From Dipteris shenzhenensis (lineage: Eukaryota), in NCBI GenBank assembly GCA_047967505.1, contig CM106538.1: a stretch of 64,000 nt of DNA; one strand, 5' to 3'. The position numbers were made by a program, and so were the translations under genes. Below are positions 1 through 10,477 of the stretch, in pieces; the first letter of the stretch is position 1; every line of letters begins with the position of its first letter. Below the pieces are notes generated by a model. The model worked only from the letters and a program-made list of their open reading frames with translations. It did not search any database and was not told the origin of the DNA.

Positions 1-810
1 ACAATTTGCAGGCATCAATTTTCAGTACAACCTGTAGCTGCACAAACAATCCATCGTTCACAAGGCCTTTCCATGGACTACTTGGCTCTTGATCCTACAT
101 GCATTAAGTCACATGGCCTTGCTTACACTGCATTGTCATGTGTGCGAGATCCATCAACCTCTACCTAACCCAACCATTACAAATGAGACACATTAAAGTT
201 GACATCATTGTTCTTTAAGAAATTGAAAGACTCAAGTCAAGTTTCAACACATGTGCATGGGAATTCGACTCAATAAACCTCGCACAACTATCCAAAAACC
301 ACCAGTTTCTATAGTCCTTAAACATAAGGACATTTCAAAAGCACAAACAATACATCCTTTCTTCTTCTCATCTCCTTGCCTCACAAATTCTTTGCCTCCA
401 AAAAATACACCCTAAACCCTCCAATGGCACAGACATCCCAAACTTCAAACAGGAAGAAAGGGTCATGGAATTTCGACTTACTATAAGGCGAAAATAGAAC
501 TTGTTCACACATAGTACTATTTCCACGAAGGCGTTGACTGCTTGCTAACAATTTTCAAATGTCCGACCTTCAACAAAATCACTATACTAAACGTTTATAA
601 GTCCCCAAAAGCACAAACCACTACACTACTTGACTTATTAGATTGCATCCTCAACTACTTGAAGTCAAACATTCCCACATACATCTTGGGAGACTTCAGC
701 ATACGCTATAGAATCCAAACATCTAATATGCAAAATCTCCACATGTACATGAAACCTCACGATATGGAACAACTTATTCAACACCCCACTATATGGACAT
801 ATATGGATAA
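1..810 (+). mobile_element. 3' remnant of an endonuclease-encoding Helitron (Helentron/Helitron2-type): PIF1 helicase C-terminus followed by an APE/EEP endonuclease; frameshifted and cut by the window edge
   Basis: Frame 1 from base 1 reads RHQFSVQPVAAQTIHRSQGLSMD...HGLAYTALSCVR (PIF1 motifs TIHxSQG and YxALSR). About 315-410 reads SLNIRTF...QILCLQKI (EEP N-terminal motifs). ORF 542-952 has LNVYKSP, ILGDFS and QLIQHPT (EEP IYRxP, GDFN, QLIxxPT). Confidence 0.75.
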
Positions 811-1611
811 ACTAATCTATGTTAATCTAAGCTATACCAACCGTCGAATCGAAGAAAAGGAAAGAAATAATTTCTTTTTCATATTCATTTTAATAGGTTA
901 CTTGCAAGACAAGAGTTATAAACAAATTTTGATTCTTTTCATATATAATTAAAGTATACAATCCTCGAGAGCTCCCTAAGAGGAACACACTACACATACT
1001 GTCCCACCATTCCCTAATATACACAACTCTTCCATAGAAATGAACATAACCTTAGACTCTAAGAGGCCTAATGAATGTAATTCACCTTGTTTTAAAAGGA
1101 GTTCTACTTTCCAATAGACCTTTCGTTCCCCACATTTAAACTCACGAACCTACCTTGCCACATATCGATATGACATCCACTTACACGGCTACAGCTGATG
1201 CTGGCATTCATTCATTTCCTTTTAATAGATTTTTAAAAATAGATTGGTGTGCTAACCACCAACTAAGTATTATGCGAAAAATATCTGATCATGAGAATAG
1301 ATCCTCGCCAATGCGGACAAACGATCCAGTGTTGCTTGCAAATCTTGTTTAGGAACGATTCCGCGTTGACAAATTCCCCGTCAAAGAACCGTCTAATTCA
1401 TCGAAAGAACCCGTTCTATCTCCTCCGCAACAACCCGTGAAACCGACTGTCCACCAGTCAACCATCACTGATAAAGGCTCATTTTTCCACTCTCGATCCT
1501 ATTTTAAACTGAAAACTATTACGTGGAATTCTTCATTCTAGTAGAAACAATACGAGTCTCCATTTAACGTTAATGGATTTTGTGTTTGTTTCCCAGCAAG
1601 TTCGAAAAGCA

Positions 1612-1860
1612 TCTCTTATCTCTTCTCTTCTCTTATCTCTTATCTCTTATATTCCTTTCAGGGAAACATCCCATGCCTGATGATGTGGCAGGGATATGGA
1701 GGTTTGGGGAGCATTCTAGAGGTTCGGAGGAGAGGAGGGAGGTTCGGGTGTGGAGGGGAGGCGAGAGGATGCCACGTGTCATTGTAGAGCTCCCTAAGGT
1801 TCGGGAGGAGACTGGAGAGGCTTTCAGCTTGCACCACGTGGCTGTGTCTTAAGGGCAGAG
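1612..1860 (+). mobile_element. Possible Helitron 5' terminus or dispersed repeat, related to 50281-50520
   Basis: Starts A|TC with TCTCTTAT repeats, then TATTCCTTTCAGGGAAA and GGAGGTTCGG/TGCCACGTG motifs. 50281-50520 has a similar TATTCTTTAAGGAAA start and the same motifs. No matching 3' hairpin-CTRR end was found. Confidence 0.3.
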
Positions 1861-2293
1861 GTGGCTGTGGAAACGAAGGGAGCACCGCAGAGCATTGAAT
1901 GCTGTCCACCAACTCTTGCCCGGTTCCAATTCTCACGCGCCAGTTTACCTTCATGCCTGTAGCCTTGATAGACCAATTCTCGCGCCGACCTAATAGCTCC
2001 AACCTCTCACAGCATCGTCTTCAAGATTAAACGGAAGGGCGATGCGAAATGGAAGAAACGGGTGAAGGTAGTGGGGAGCTTCACGAAGGACCGCAATGGA
2101 GGGAAGACGCTTTGCCATGCATGTGAGGCGCTCTTCACAAGCCAGCCATGCTTCCTTCTCCTCCTTGCAAATAACCTGCAAGCTACGAGGAGAATGACGT
2201 GTGTGACTCTACCAAGCTGGCTCGGCATGAAGAGCCATGAGGGAAGACACAGCAGGGCAAGGGAGGGGAGGGGAGGGGGGAGCACCAAAGCCA

Positions 2294-2592
2294 GTAGCCA
2301 AAGTCCCTTAACTCCAACGAAGCCTGCAGCGAGAGCGTGTGCACGCTTAGTGCAAGAACCAAAGCAACTGTCAAATGTGTTTAAAGAGCACAAGAGTATG
2401 AGAGCTCGAGGGATTAGAAGCCCTCTCCTCATCTATATACCCTCGTAGCCAAAGTCCCTTAACTCCAACGAAGCAACGAGAGGGTGTGCACGCTTAGTGC
2501 AAGAACCAAAGCAACTGTCAAATGTGTTTAAAGAGCACAACAGTATGAGAGCTCGAGGGATTAGAAGCCCTCTCCTCATCTATACACCCTCC
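2294..2592. repeat. Tandem duplication, unit about 150 bp
   Basis: GTAGCCAAAGTCCCTTAACTCCAACGAAGC...CCTCTCCTCATCTATAYACCCTC occurs at about 2294 and about 2445. Confidence 0.9.
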
Positions 2593-3089
2593 GTATCTTC
2601 ACCTCCGCTTCCAAATGTATCCATGCTGACGTCGCGCTCAAAAGATGCAGGAGGAAGGCCCTCACCCTGCCGTGTGACGACAATGATCCTCCTTCCCTTC
2701 ATCTCCTTGCACAATGGTGTGCCAAACGTCTCCACTGCTACTGCTGCTGCTCGGGTTTTGCTGGAGGAAGCCCCTCGCAGCATGATAGTGTCTATGTTTT
2801 CCCAAGACCACGAAGTGGATAGGTACGCTCCTCAAAAATTGGTGGTCCAATCGCTCTGCTTCACCTCTTGCTTCGCTCCCAGCCCCTCTTGCTTTGCCCT
2901 CAAGACAGATCAGTAAGCTTGCAAAGAGTGGTTTTCCCCACCCGTCCAGTCCACATGAGCCAGTTCCTTTTGAGCAAGAAATGGACACGAGCTGCTGCAG
3001 CACCCAAGTGCATTTCTATGTGTTGGGTTTGCAATATTGCTCTCAAATGGCAAGATGGACAAGAGCGAGGCTAAGTTAAAGATGTTGCG

Positions 3090-4120
3090 TTGCATTGGCG
3101 TCAACCCTACGACAGTGGAATGTTGGGGTAATTCTAGGACGTGGATGCACTCGCCAAGAGGTTCGGTTGTGCTACAGGGAATTGTGAACTGCTACTGAGA
3201 AGCTTTGAGTCATCAGGGTTTGAAACGGTATGATCACGCACGAGGAAGCATAGCTACCACCACCAAGCTCCGCTCTCAATTCATTTCAAGGGAGCATCAA
3301 GTGCCCAACGACAGATCACCATCTATGAAATCCATCTCTCTTGCAGAGATGGTGAGGTGGATGGAATTCTAGAGTGACCTTGCAAAGAAGAAGCAGAGTG
3401 TGAACAAGGAGCATTTGTCTGTTGATGATCTCTTCTCTTGCAAAAAAGTGGATGTGGACTTCGAGAAAGCATCGGCAAAGCAGCTGTGCAATTGCGATTT
3501 GAAGAAGATCTACGATTTCACCTGCATTTGAGAGAAAAAGTAGGGGGAGCACGAGCTCTACCATGGCTAATGAAGACCAAGATTGCACTAGAAGTAGCGA
3601 GTGGAGTGCCACATATGCTCTTTCTCTGACCATCCATCACAATATTAAGAGCTCCAATAGTTTCAACTATGAACAACGGACTAAATGTTTACATGTTGTA
3701 GACGAACACTAGAAGTAGATATGGGGAGTCAGCACCTTCTCATGGTTTCCTTTTATTACTTAGCAGCTCATTTTATGATTGACTATTTTTCATGACCATT
3801 GGACATTGCTCGAGTATAATGTTTTGTCGAACTAAATCGCAAGCTTGAGCTTTGGGATATGATTTGTATAGCTACATTCACTGGGCATACGCAGCAGTAT
3901 ACAAAAGGTGCTGAGTTGACCCTGTTTCATGCATGAAAATATGTGCAACAAGTAGGTGACCCAGTAGTCCTACTATTAGTTATTTTTATGATGATTTACT
4001 TTGACGATGCCTTACTACAAAGCAATCTTGCAAATACTGTACGATGTGTGACGTTCCTCTAGATCAAACCAAGAAGTTTGAATTCGGCCACCTTTGTAAG
4101 AAATTGCAGAAGGCAGATGG
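3090..4120 (+). pseudogene. Fragmented receptor-like kinase (RLK/Pelle) pseudogene
   Basis: RLCYREL*TAT (about 3164-3200, like FxYxELxxAT), LRFHLH...LPWLMKTKIALEVASG (subdomains V-VIa), IHHNIKSSN at 3632-3658 (degenerate HRDIKSSN) and RPPL*EI near 4085 (subdomain XI). Many stops, frameshifts and deletions. Confidence 0.6.
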
Positions 4121-4323
4121 TAGTGGAGGATGACAAGGCCAAGCAGTGATATAGCTATTGCATTTGCTATAGCTAGGATTTCTATGTACCCTCTCCGAAT
4201 GAGCTCCTAACCTTTTAATAACAAAGCAAGAATATGTTCGCTTTTAGGTATCGATGAATTGTGCAGGCTTATGGTCACAGTTTTATGTAACCTCTTAATC
4301 AACACGGGTCTCCTGGGGATCAA

Positions 4324-4465
4324 ATGTTGCAACTATGGGCTTTATGTTCTTATGCTGAAAATGTGGATCTTATGCTCCAAGGGTGGATCTTATGGGCTTT
4401 ATGTTCTTATGCTGCAAATGTGGATCTTATGTTGCAATTGTGGATCTTATGGGCTTTATGTTCTT
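4324..4465. repeat. 57-bp tandem repeat, about 2.5 units
   Basis: TATGGGCTTTATGTTCTT starts at 4334, 4391 and 4448. Confidence 0.9.
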
Positions 4466-4654
4466 CCAGCAGGGAGAGCGTGTGTGATTTGCTTAAATTC
4501 CAGCAGGGAGAATGTGTGTGATTCACCTCTAAAACTGATCGCTGGTATGTTCTAACTTCAATTAGAAAACATGTGAATATGTTAAATTATAAAACATGTG
4601 ATACAAATTAAGAATGCTAAGTAGTATCTTTTGAGACAAGAATGTTCTTTGGAA

Positions 4655-5646
4655 TGCCTGTCCGTGAATGCACATATCTAAATGGGTATGACCTTTAAAT
4701 GCTCTTGCAAGTGACTTTTTGAAAGGGGAGAGAGCTTATGCGGGGTGGTTTTGAAGAGTGTGTTGCAGCTCAACATCGAGTAGGGTCCCGTTCTAATGAT
4801 TTGCCACTTGGAGAAGCTTAAAGCAGCAGTACTATTGAGAGATGCGATTAAAGATAGCTCGAAGACTTCCAGTGTTAAGCAACTAGCAATCCCCGATTTA
4901 TGGGGCAAACATACCAGTCTGCAAGCCAGCCAAAAGGCCAGCCAGCAGGGGTCTGGCCAACCAGAACTGGCCGACCAGTAGCCAGCAGGGGTCTGGCCGA
5001 CCAGAACTGGCCAACCGGCTGGCCGACCAGCTGGCAGGCCCACTGACCAGCTGGCTGACCAGCTAGGTCAGGCCTATAAAGGCACTAGCCCCCACACTCT
5101 CAGTGACAGGACACGACCTGCAGCTGCTCCTCATCTCCTCCATCCTTTGCTGCGGCCCCGCCTGCTCCAGTTCTGCTTTCTGCCATCTTCTCCTACCTCA
5201 GGACAGGACCTGCAGCTTCTCTACACCTCCTCCATCCTTTGCTGCAGTCCCTTCTGCTCCAGATCTGCCCCCCCTTGCTCCAGATTTGTCCCTTCTGCTC
5301 CTCTGCTCCAAATTTGTCCCCTCCTGCTCCAGATCTACCCCTTCTGCTCCTCTGCTCCTTCTGCCCCAGATGTGCTCTTTTTCTTCATCATGTTGCTATT
5401 CCAGATAGCTTGAAGGTTCCTTCCTCAAAGCATGCTGGTTTTCAGCCATTTCCTAGGGTAGCTCTAGCCCTTCATCATCTTCGTCATCATCAAGCTACAC
5501 GGAGGACTGCGTTTCGCTCCCTCTGCTGCTATCATTTTCTACTGTTTCTCTACATGGAATCATCTTTTTGATTCATCTCAGCCACGGTCTTTGAGACACG
5601 ATGGCTTGAGGTTCTTGTATTCAGTTTTTCATATTACCGACAGGCA
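4655..5646 (+). mobile_element. About 1-kb LTR-like or TIR-bounded unit with a repeated CTGGCCGACCAG motif, a TATA box and a CT-rich transcribed-like region
   Basis: Imperfect inverted ends TGCCTGTCCGTGAAT and ATTACCGACAGGCA. Clustered CTGGCC(G/A)ACCAG repeats at 4920-5065, CTATAAAG at about 5074, CT-rich repeats at 5100-5400. No TSD found. Confidence 0.35.
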
Positions 5647-6247
5647 CTATGTTTTCTGAGTTCCGTTCTTCAGTTGTTTCTGAGTATTGTCTATTTTTTT
5701 ATCACTCCACTGCAAACCCTATCGTTTCTCTATAGCCAGAGCTGTTCTTAATGAAGGGCATGCTCCAACAATTGATTGGCTTGCTAATTCAAAGAGTTTG
5801 CAAGAGCTCCAATCAAATGTTGGCCTGAAGGGGTCAACAATTTGCAGGAGAAAGACTAGGTTGCAAGGTCTAGGCAGCCTCCATCATCGTGGGTGTTTGT
5901 GGATGTCACAAACAACTTTAAAATTGAAGTTGTTGCAAGTTAGCATTCTGAGTTGTTGATCATGATTATAATCGATTTTTTGAAACTATTTCATCTTTGT
6001 TCATCGTTGAGTTTCTCTTTAACAATTCGAATCAAACTCAAATAGAAAGGTTTCTTGGAAGCATCTTTGAGTCTCTCTTCAACAATTCAAACAAACCTCT
6101 AATAAAAAGGTTTCTTTGAAAGAGCAAGCATTGGAAAGCGATGTCCATCGGTTGAGATAGAGGTGGCAGCAAATGACTTTGGAAAGAAATCTCTAGGATA
6201 CGAGCGCGACATCTCAGTGGTTCCAAGGTATTTGCGTGCAAGAATCC

Positions 6248-6530
6248 ACACTCTGGCCATCAACTAGGTGCAAAAAAGTTCAGCCAAAAACATTGAAGCA
6301 ATTGAAGAAATTCACTCTGCCTAGAGGGGCTCAAACTGCATATAATTGAAGGATTTGAGGTTGCCAGCAAACACATGCAATTGCGTAAAAAATTTGACAC
6401 TCTGGCCATCAACTAGGTGCAAAAAAGTTCAGCCAAAAACATTGAAGCAATTCTCTTTGCCTGGAGGGGCTCAAAATGCATATGATTGAAGGGGATTTGA
6501 GGTTGCCAGTAAATACATGCATTTGCATAA
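6248..6530. repeat. Tandem duplication, unit about 150 bp
   Basis: ACACTCTGGCCATCAACTAGGTGCAAAAAAGTTCAGCCAAAAACATTGAAGCAATT at 6248 and 6397. Confidence 0.9.
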
Positions 6531-6824
6531 GTGGCAACACACGCAAGGAGCTTTGTATTTTTTTTCTCCTCTGCAAGGGAGTGCCACGTGGCTTGTAGGA
6601 GAAGGCTCAACTCAGCTCAGTTGGAGAAGGCTTGCAGGAGGAGAGTGCCATGTGGCTTGCAGGAGATGTTGGAAAAGTCATCTCCCCATTTGTAAGCCCC
6701 CATATGAGGAGAGCATGGGTGGGGGGGGCTTAGGTTTAGGGATAGTACCATAAACGTCACTATATAGCTACTGACCAGCGTCGCTATATAGCGATGCTAA
6801 GGACTTAAACCCAAAACCCGCATG

Positions 6825-7050
6825 ATGCTGTCTTTCACATCTCTCATACAACTTATAGGCTTTCTTCTCATCACAATAGAATAAAAAGATACATTTGGTG
6901 CCTTTTGGTTGTAGCTTGTTTCTATCTTTGTCTGTGTTGTCTCTTTCCCACGGCTTCCGTGAGAAGAGTAGGGTATTTTTAATATGCAGGGTTCCGAGGC
7001 TTTTTGTCACCTAGAGATATATTGGGGTTGTCGTTTGTAGTATACGTGTA
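6825..7050 (-). mobile_element. Small Ty1/copia integrase C-terminal fragment
   Basis: RNKLQPKGTKCIFLFYCDEKKAYKLY matches the copia KLDxK..KCIFxGY...KGYRLY region. Confidence 0.65.
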
Positions 7051-7204
7051 GTTCAGGACCTCAAGTCGTGTTCCGGTGAGAGACATAGGCTTAAGTGTGG
7101 TAAGCAAACAAAGTGCATGCATGTGTAAAAGGAATGTGTACCATCATGGTTGAGGTAATGAAGGCCTTCGTCTTCATTGGGGGTTGCAGGTTTTAGGAGG
7201 AGTT

Positions 7205-7312
7205 TAGGGGTTAGAAGGAGGTTCCAGGGTTTAGAAGGAGGTTCCAAGGTTTAGAAGAGGTTCCACGGTTAGAAGGAGTTCCAGAGTTTAGAAGAGGTTC
7301 CAAGGTTTAGAG
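7205..7312. repeat. About 19-bp minisatellite (GGTTTAGAAGGAGGTTCCA-like), about 6 units
   Basis: Directly visible tandem units. Confidence 0.8.
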
Positions 7313-7396
7313 TAGAGTACATGGTGGAGAACTCATCTCCCTTGCAGATCATGGAGATTAAGGATTGAGGAACTAAGGGTTTAGGGAGGCATAGGA

Positions 7397-7620
7397 GTGG
7401 GAGAGGAAGAAGGTGTAAGAGCATGGGGGAAAGAGGAGAGAGGAGGGAGGAGGAGGAGGAGAAGGAGGAGGAGGGAAGAGGAGGAGGGAGAAGGAGAGAG
7501 GAGGAGGAGGAAGGAGAGGGAGGACGGAGGAGGAGGAGGAAGAGGAAGGAGGAGAAGGGAGGAGGAGAGGGAGAGGATGGGTTGCAAGGATGGAGGAGAG
7601 GGGAGGAGGAGTTGCAAGGT
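7397..7620. repeat. GA-rich low-complexity (polypurine) tract
   Basis: Mostly G and A on the + strand. Confidence 0.9.
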
Positions 7621-7804
7621 TAGGACACGCTTTTGGACGTGGAGTGCAAGGAAGCATGGACACTTGAGACAATTGCTTGGAATACCAAAGTAGAACTCAA
7701 CACAATGTCCCAAAGAGTGTGGGCTTCATTCTATTATGGGGGTATTTATACAAGTTGGAGAGCTTCTCTCTCTGCATGTAGGAATTGTAATACATTCTCT
7801 CTCT

Positions 7805-8038
7805 ACATGTAGAACTTGCATATAGAAGTTGCATGTAGGAGTTGCATGTAGAACTCGCATGTAGAACTTGCATGTAGAACTCGCATGTAGAACTTGCATG
7901 TAGAACTCGCATGTAGAAGTTCCATGTAGAACTCGCATGTAGAAGTTGCATGTAGGAGTTGCATGTAGGAGTTGCATGTAGAACTCACATGTAGGAGTTG
8001 CATGTAGAAATCGTATGTAGAACTTGCATGTAGAACAT
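7805..8038. repeat. 13-bp tandem array, 18 units, consensus GCATGTAG(A/G)A(C/G)T(T/C)
   Basis: Units counted directly; one isolated extra unit at about 7774. Confidence 0.95.
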
Positions 8039-8338
8039 GCAAGTTGGATTTCTAAGAAGGATTCTTTCTAGTTTCATGTAAGTACAAGCAGAGCTTTGCC
8101 GCTACTCTACACACACATTCTGTTCTACCTAAGTCCATGTTGGCACAGAGACAACATACTCCCCGATGCATTTTATTACCCGTCCTTGGGTTATGGCTGA
8201 TTGCGAGCACGTACCTAGGTTGCCATGCTTTTAGTCCAGTGGCTGTGGAACTTGTGGCGTGCCAGTCGATCGTGCTGTAAAGCCTTGGTACCATACAATT
8301 TTTGCTCAGTTTCTAGGTAGCCTGTATTCACCATTTGC

Positions 8339-10010
8339 TCAAACAGAGATATGTGTCGTGCTTCTAAGAAGATCACTCTTTGATAGAGTCGGCTTGTGTT
8401 TCTTTAGATCTTTCCTCTGAGTTGCAGTGTGCTCTGGTGCCTCAAAGGATATCTTCCATGTTTCATATGCTTGGCAAACATCCACCATGCTCTGAAACAC
8501 TGAGTCCTCGCGGAAGACAATGTAAGTAACATCCCTGTATCTTGCAACGGCAGTGTTCAAATCCTTTGCCTCAACCTTATTACTTGGTATGCCTTGTGTA
8601 TTGCTTACAACACCTTTCAAGCATCTATAGAACTGAGTCCTCTTTGCCATGTACTCAGATGTAGGTCTCCTGCCCTTCACTGTTTGTGGCTTTCCACAGC
8701 CCACCCATAACTCCCTTGCCTTTATCAAGATCTCAGAAAGAGAAGAGCTTTTTTTCAACCTAAATGGAGCAGAATTCAGCCTTTTTGATTCTAGAATATA
8801 CTTTGAGTCATCGTTAAATATGCATACATGACAAATGACCCATTGAAACTTTTCCATCCACTCAATCTATGGCAAGTTTCCTTTTCTTCCCTCATCAAGG
8901 GCGATCCTGCAAGCTTCACAAAAGTGTTGCCCATCAATGGGCTCAAACCTGCATCTTTCCAAGAATCTATTCTTTGCCAGCAAGTTTCTCTTCTCGATGT
9001 TAGTCCCATATCGGCTTTGGTACAAAGCCTCTCCATGAACAAAGTCACTCCTTCTAAAGTTCTCAAAAGCATCAAGAAAGTCCACGCGCTTTTGAAATGT
9101 GACATCAGGCAATGTAGGATCATCTTCTTGAAGTCTCTTAAATGCCATAGGACGAAGAGTGATATTAGTGGCAACTGGAGTTCTTGTTTTCCTCGTATCT
9201 TCATACAATTTGCGTGCAAATGTCTTATCTAGCTTTCTTTGATTTGTGAACAACGAAGCTCGATCAATAAGCATTGTGGCCATGCTGAATTGTGAAAATC
9301 CCCAAATGTACCCCTCATCCTCTGGAGGATGTAAGCGGATCCTCCTGTTCATCGCTATCCAATTTTTCGCCTGGTTTTAAATAACCTGCACTTAAACGAT
9401 CTGCACATGGAGTAGGAGTTATTTTTGCTCTCTTTCTAGGAATAGTTGTAGAACTTGAATTTGCTCCACGATCACTCCTTCTTGTTCTTGTAGTTGCAGC
9501 AGTCGATGGTGTAGGTACAGTTGGAGATACTGTAGTTACTACTGCAGATATTGTAGTTACTCTTGCTGGAGTTACCATAGTTATCGCCACAGATATTGGC
9601 GGTACAACTTGAGGGTTACATGTTATAGATAACGTACTAACTGCTGCTGAAAGTACAACACCACCACTTGGAAATGCATCCCACATTTTCTTTTATGCTT
9701 CTAAGGCACTAAGTAATTCTTGGGATCCCTCAATTGAATCTGGTAAGGGCTTCAAGAAGTGCTTGTGCGTAACTCGTAACTTATAAACCACCTCATCATT
9801 CTTCCCTTTGCACACAACTTCTATCAAATTGTTTTCTTTAATGTTGATGTTTGAGACCATGCCACCATTTCTTACTGCCTCTGGAGAATATTTCACGCTT
9901 GACACATTCTCTGCAGTGATCACCAAAAAATACTTTGATTTGCGCTCCATAAAATAGCAAGCATGTTCAAGGTATTTGAAAGACACCGTGAAACCAAAAC
10001 TGGAAGCCAT
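8339..10010 (-). pseudogene. Copy 1 of an unannotated TE-associated gene: putative Tudor/SH3-like barrel, S/T/P linker with NLS, and ParB/Srx-like DGQH domain; 3' truncated relative to copy 2
   Basis: Collinear ORFs 9693-10031, 9315-9686, 8867-9352 and 8339-8857 are separated by single stops or a frameshift. ATG at 10010 follows a splice-acceptor-like TTTTCAG. Contains PRKRAK and NQRKLD...ITLRP...FEPIDGQHFCEAC. Homologous to 23229-25290. Confidence 0.75.
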
Positions 10011-10016
10011 AGTTTT

Positions 10017-10390
10017 CTGAAAAACAATCAAAAATAAAAAATGAGAATTACAATGATTTTTAAACTGAAAATATTAAATAAATTTCTAATTAAATATTGT
10101 TTTAAGTTTTATTTATTTTTAATTTTTAAAAATGTTAAAATTAAATCAAATTATTTTATTTTTTAAATCTTTTTTTAATTATTTTATTTTATTTTATTTT
10201 AATTAATTAATTTATTTTTATATTTAAAATTTAATTTAATTTTTAATTTTTTTTTAAAGTTTTATTTATTTTAACTTTTTTTATTTTTTAAAAATAAATT
10301 AAGTTAATTAATTTTTTTTGTCTTTTTTTTTCTTTTTTAAATTAAATTAAATTATTTTTTTTGTCTTTAAAAAATAAAATAAAAATTTAA
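10017..10390 (-). other. Extremely AT-rich tract, putative 5'-UTR intron of the DGQH gene copy 1
   Basis: Nearly pure A/T. On the minus strand it ends in TTGTTTTTCAG 6 nt before the ATG. Confidence 0.5.
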
Positions 10391-10413
10391 AGTCCCTTTG
10401 GGGGGCTTAGGGT

Positions 10414-10477
10414 AGGGGAGGGGATTAACCCCCAACCTGTTGCGTGTGCAACAGGTTGGGGGTTAACCCCCTCCTCT
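10414..10477. repeat. Hairpin with perfect 19-bp arms (10425-10443 and 10448-10466), 4-nt loop, extendable to about 30 bp
   Basis: TTAACCCCCAACCTGTTGC-GTGT-GCAACAGGTTGGGGGTTAA. Confidence 0.95.

Noticed and set aside
7373-7713. Pro/Leu-rich and Arg/Glu-rich ORFs (also 10387-10684, 31026-31633, 38161-38855)
   Set aside because: Products of stop-poor GA/CT low-complexity tracts.
7805-8038. CRISPR-like array, or the coding ORFs 7697-8042
   Set aside because: Contiguous 13-bp units with no unique spacers and no cas genes; the ORFs are translations of the repeat.
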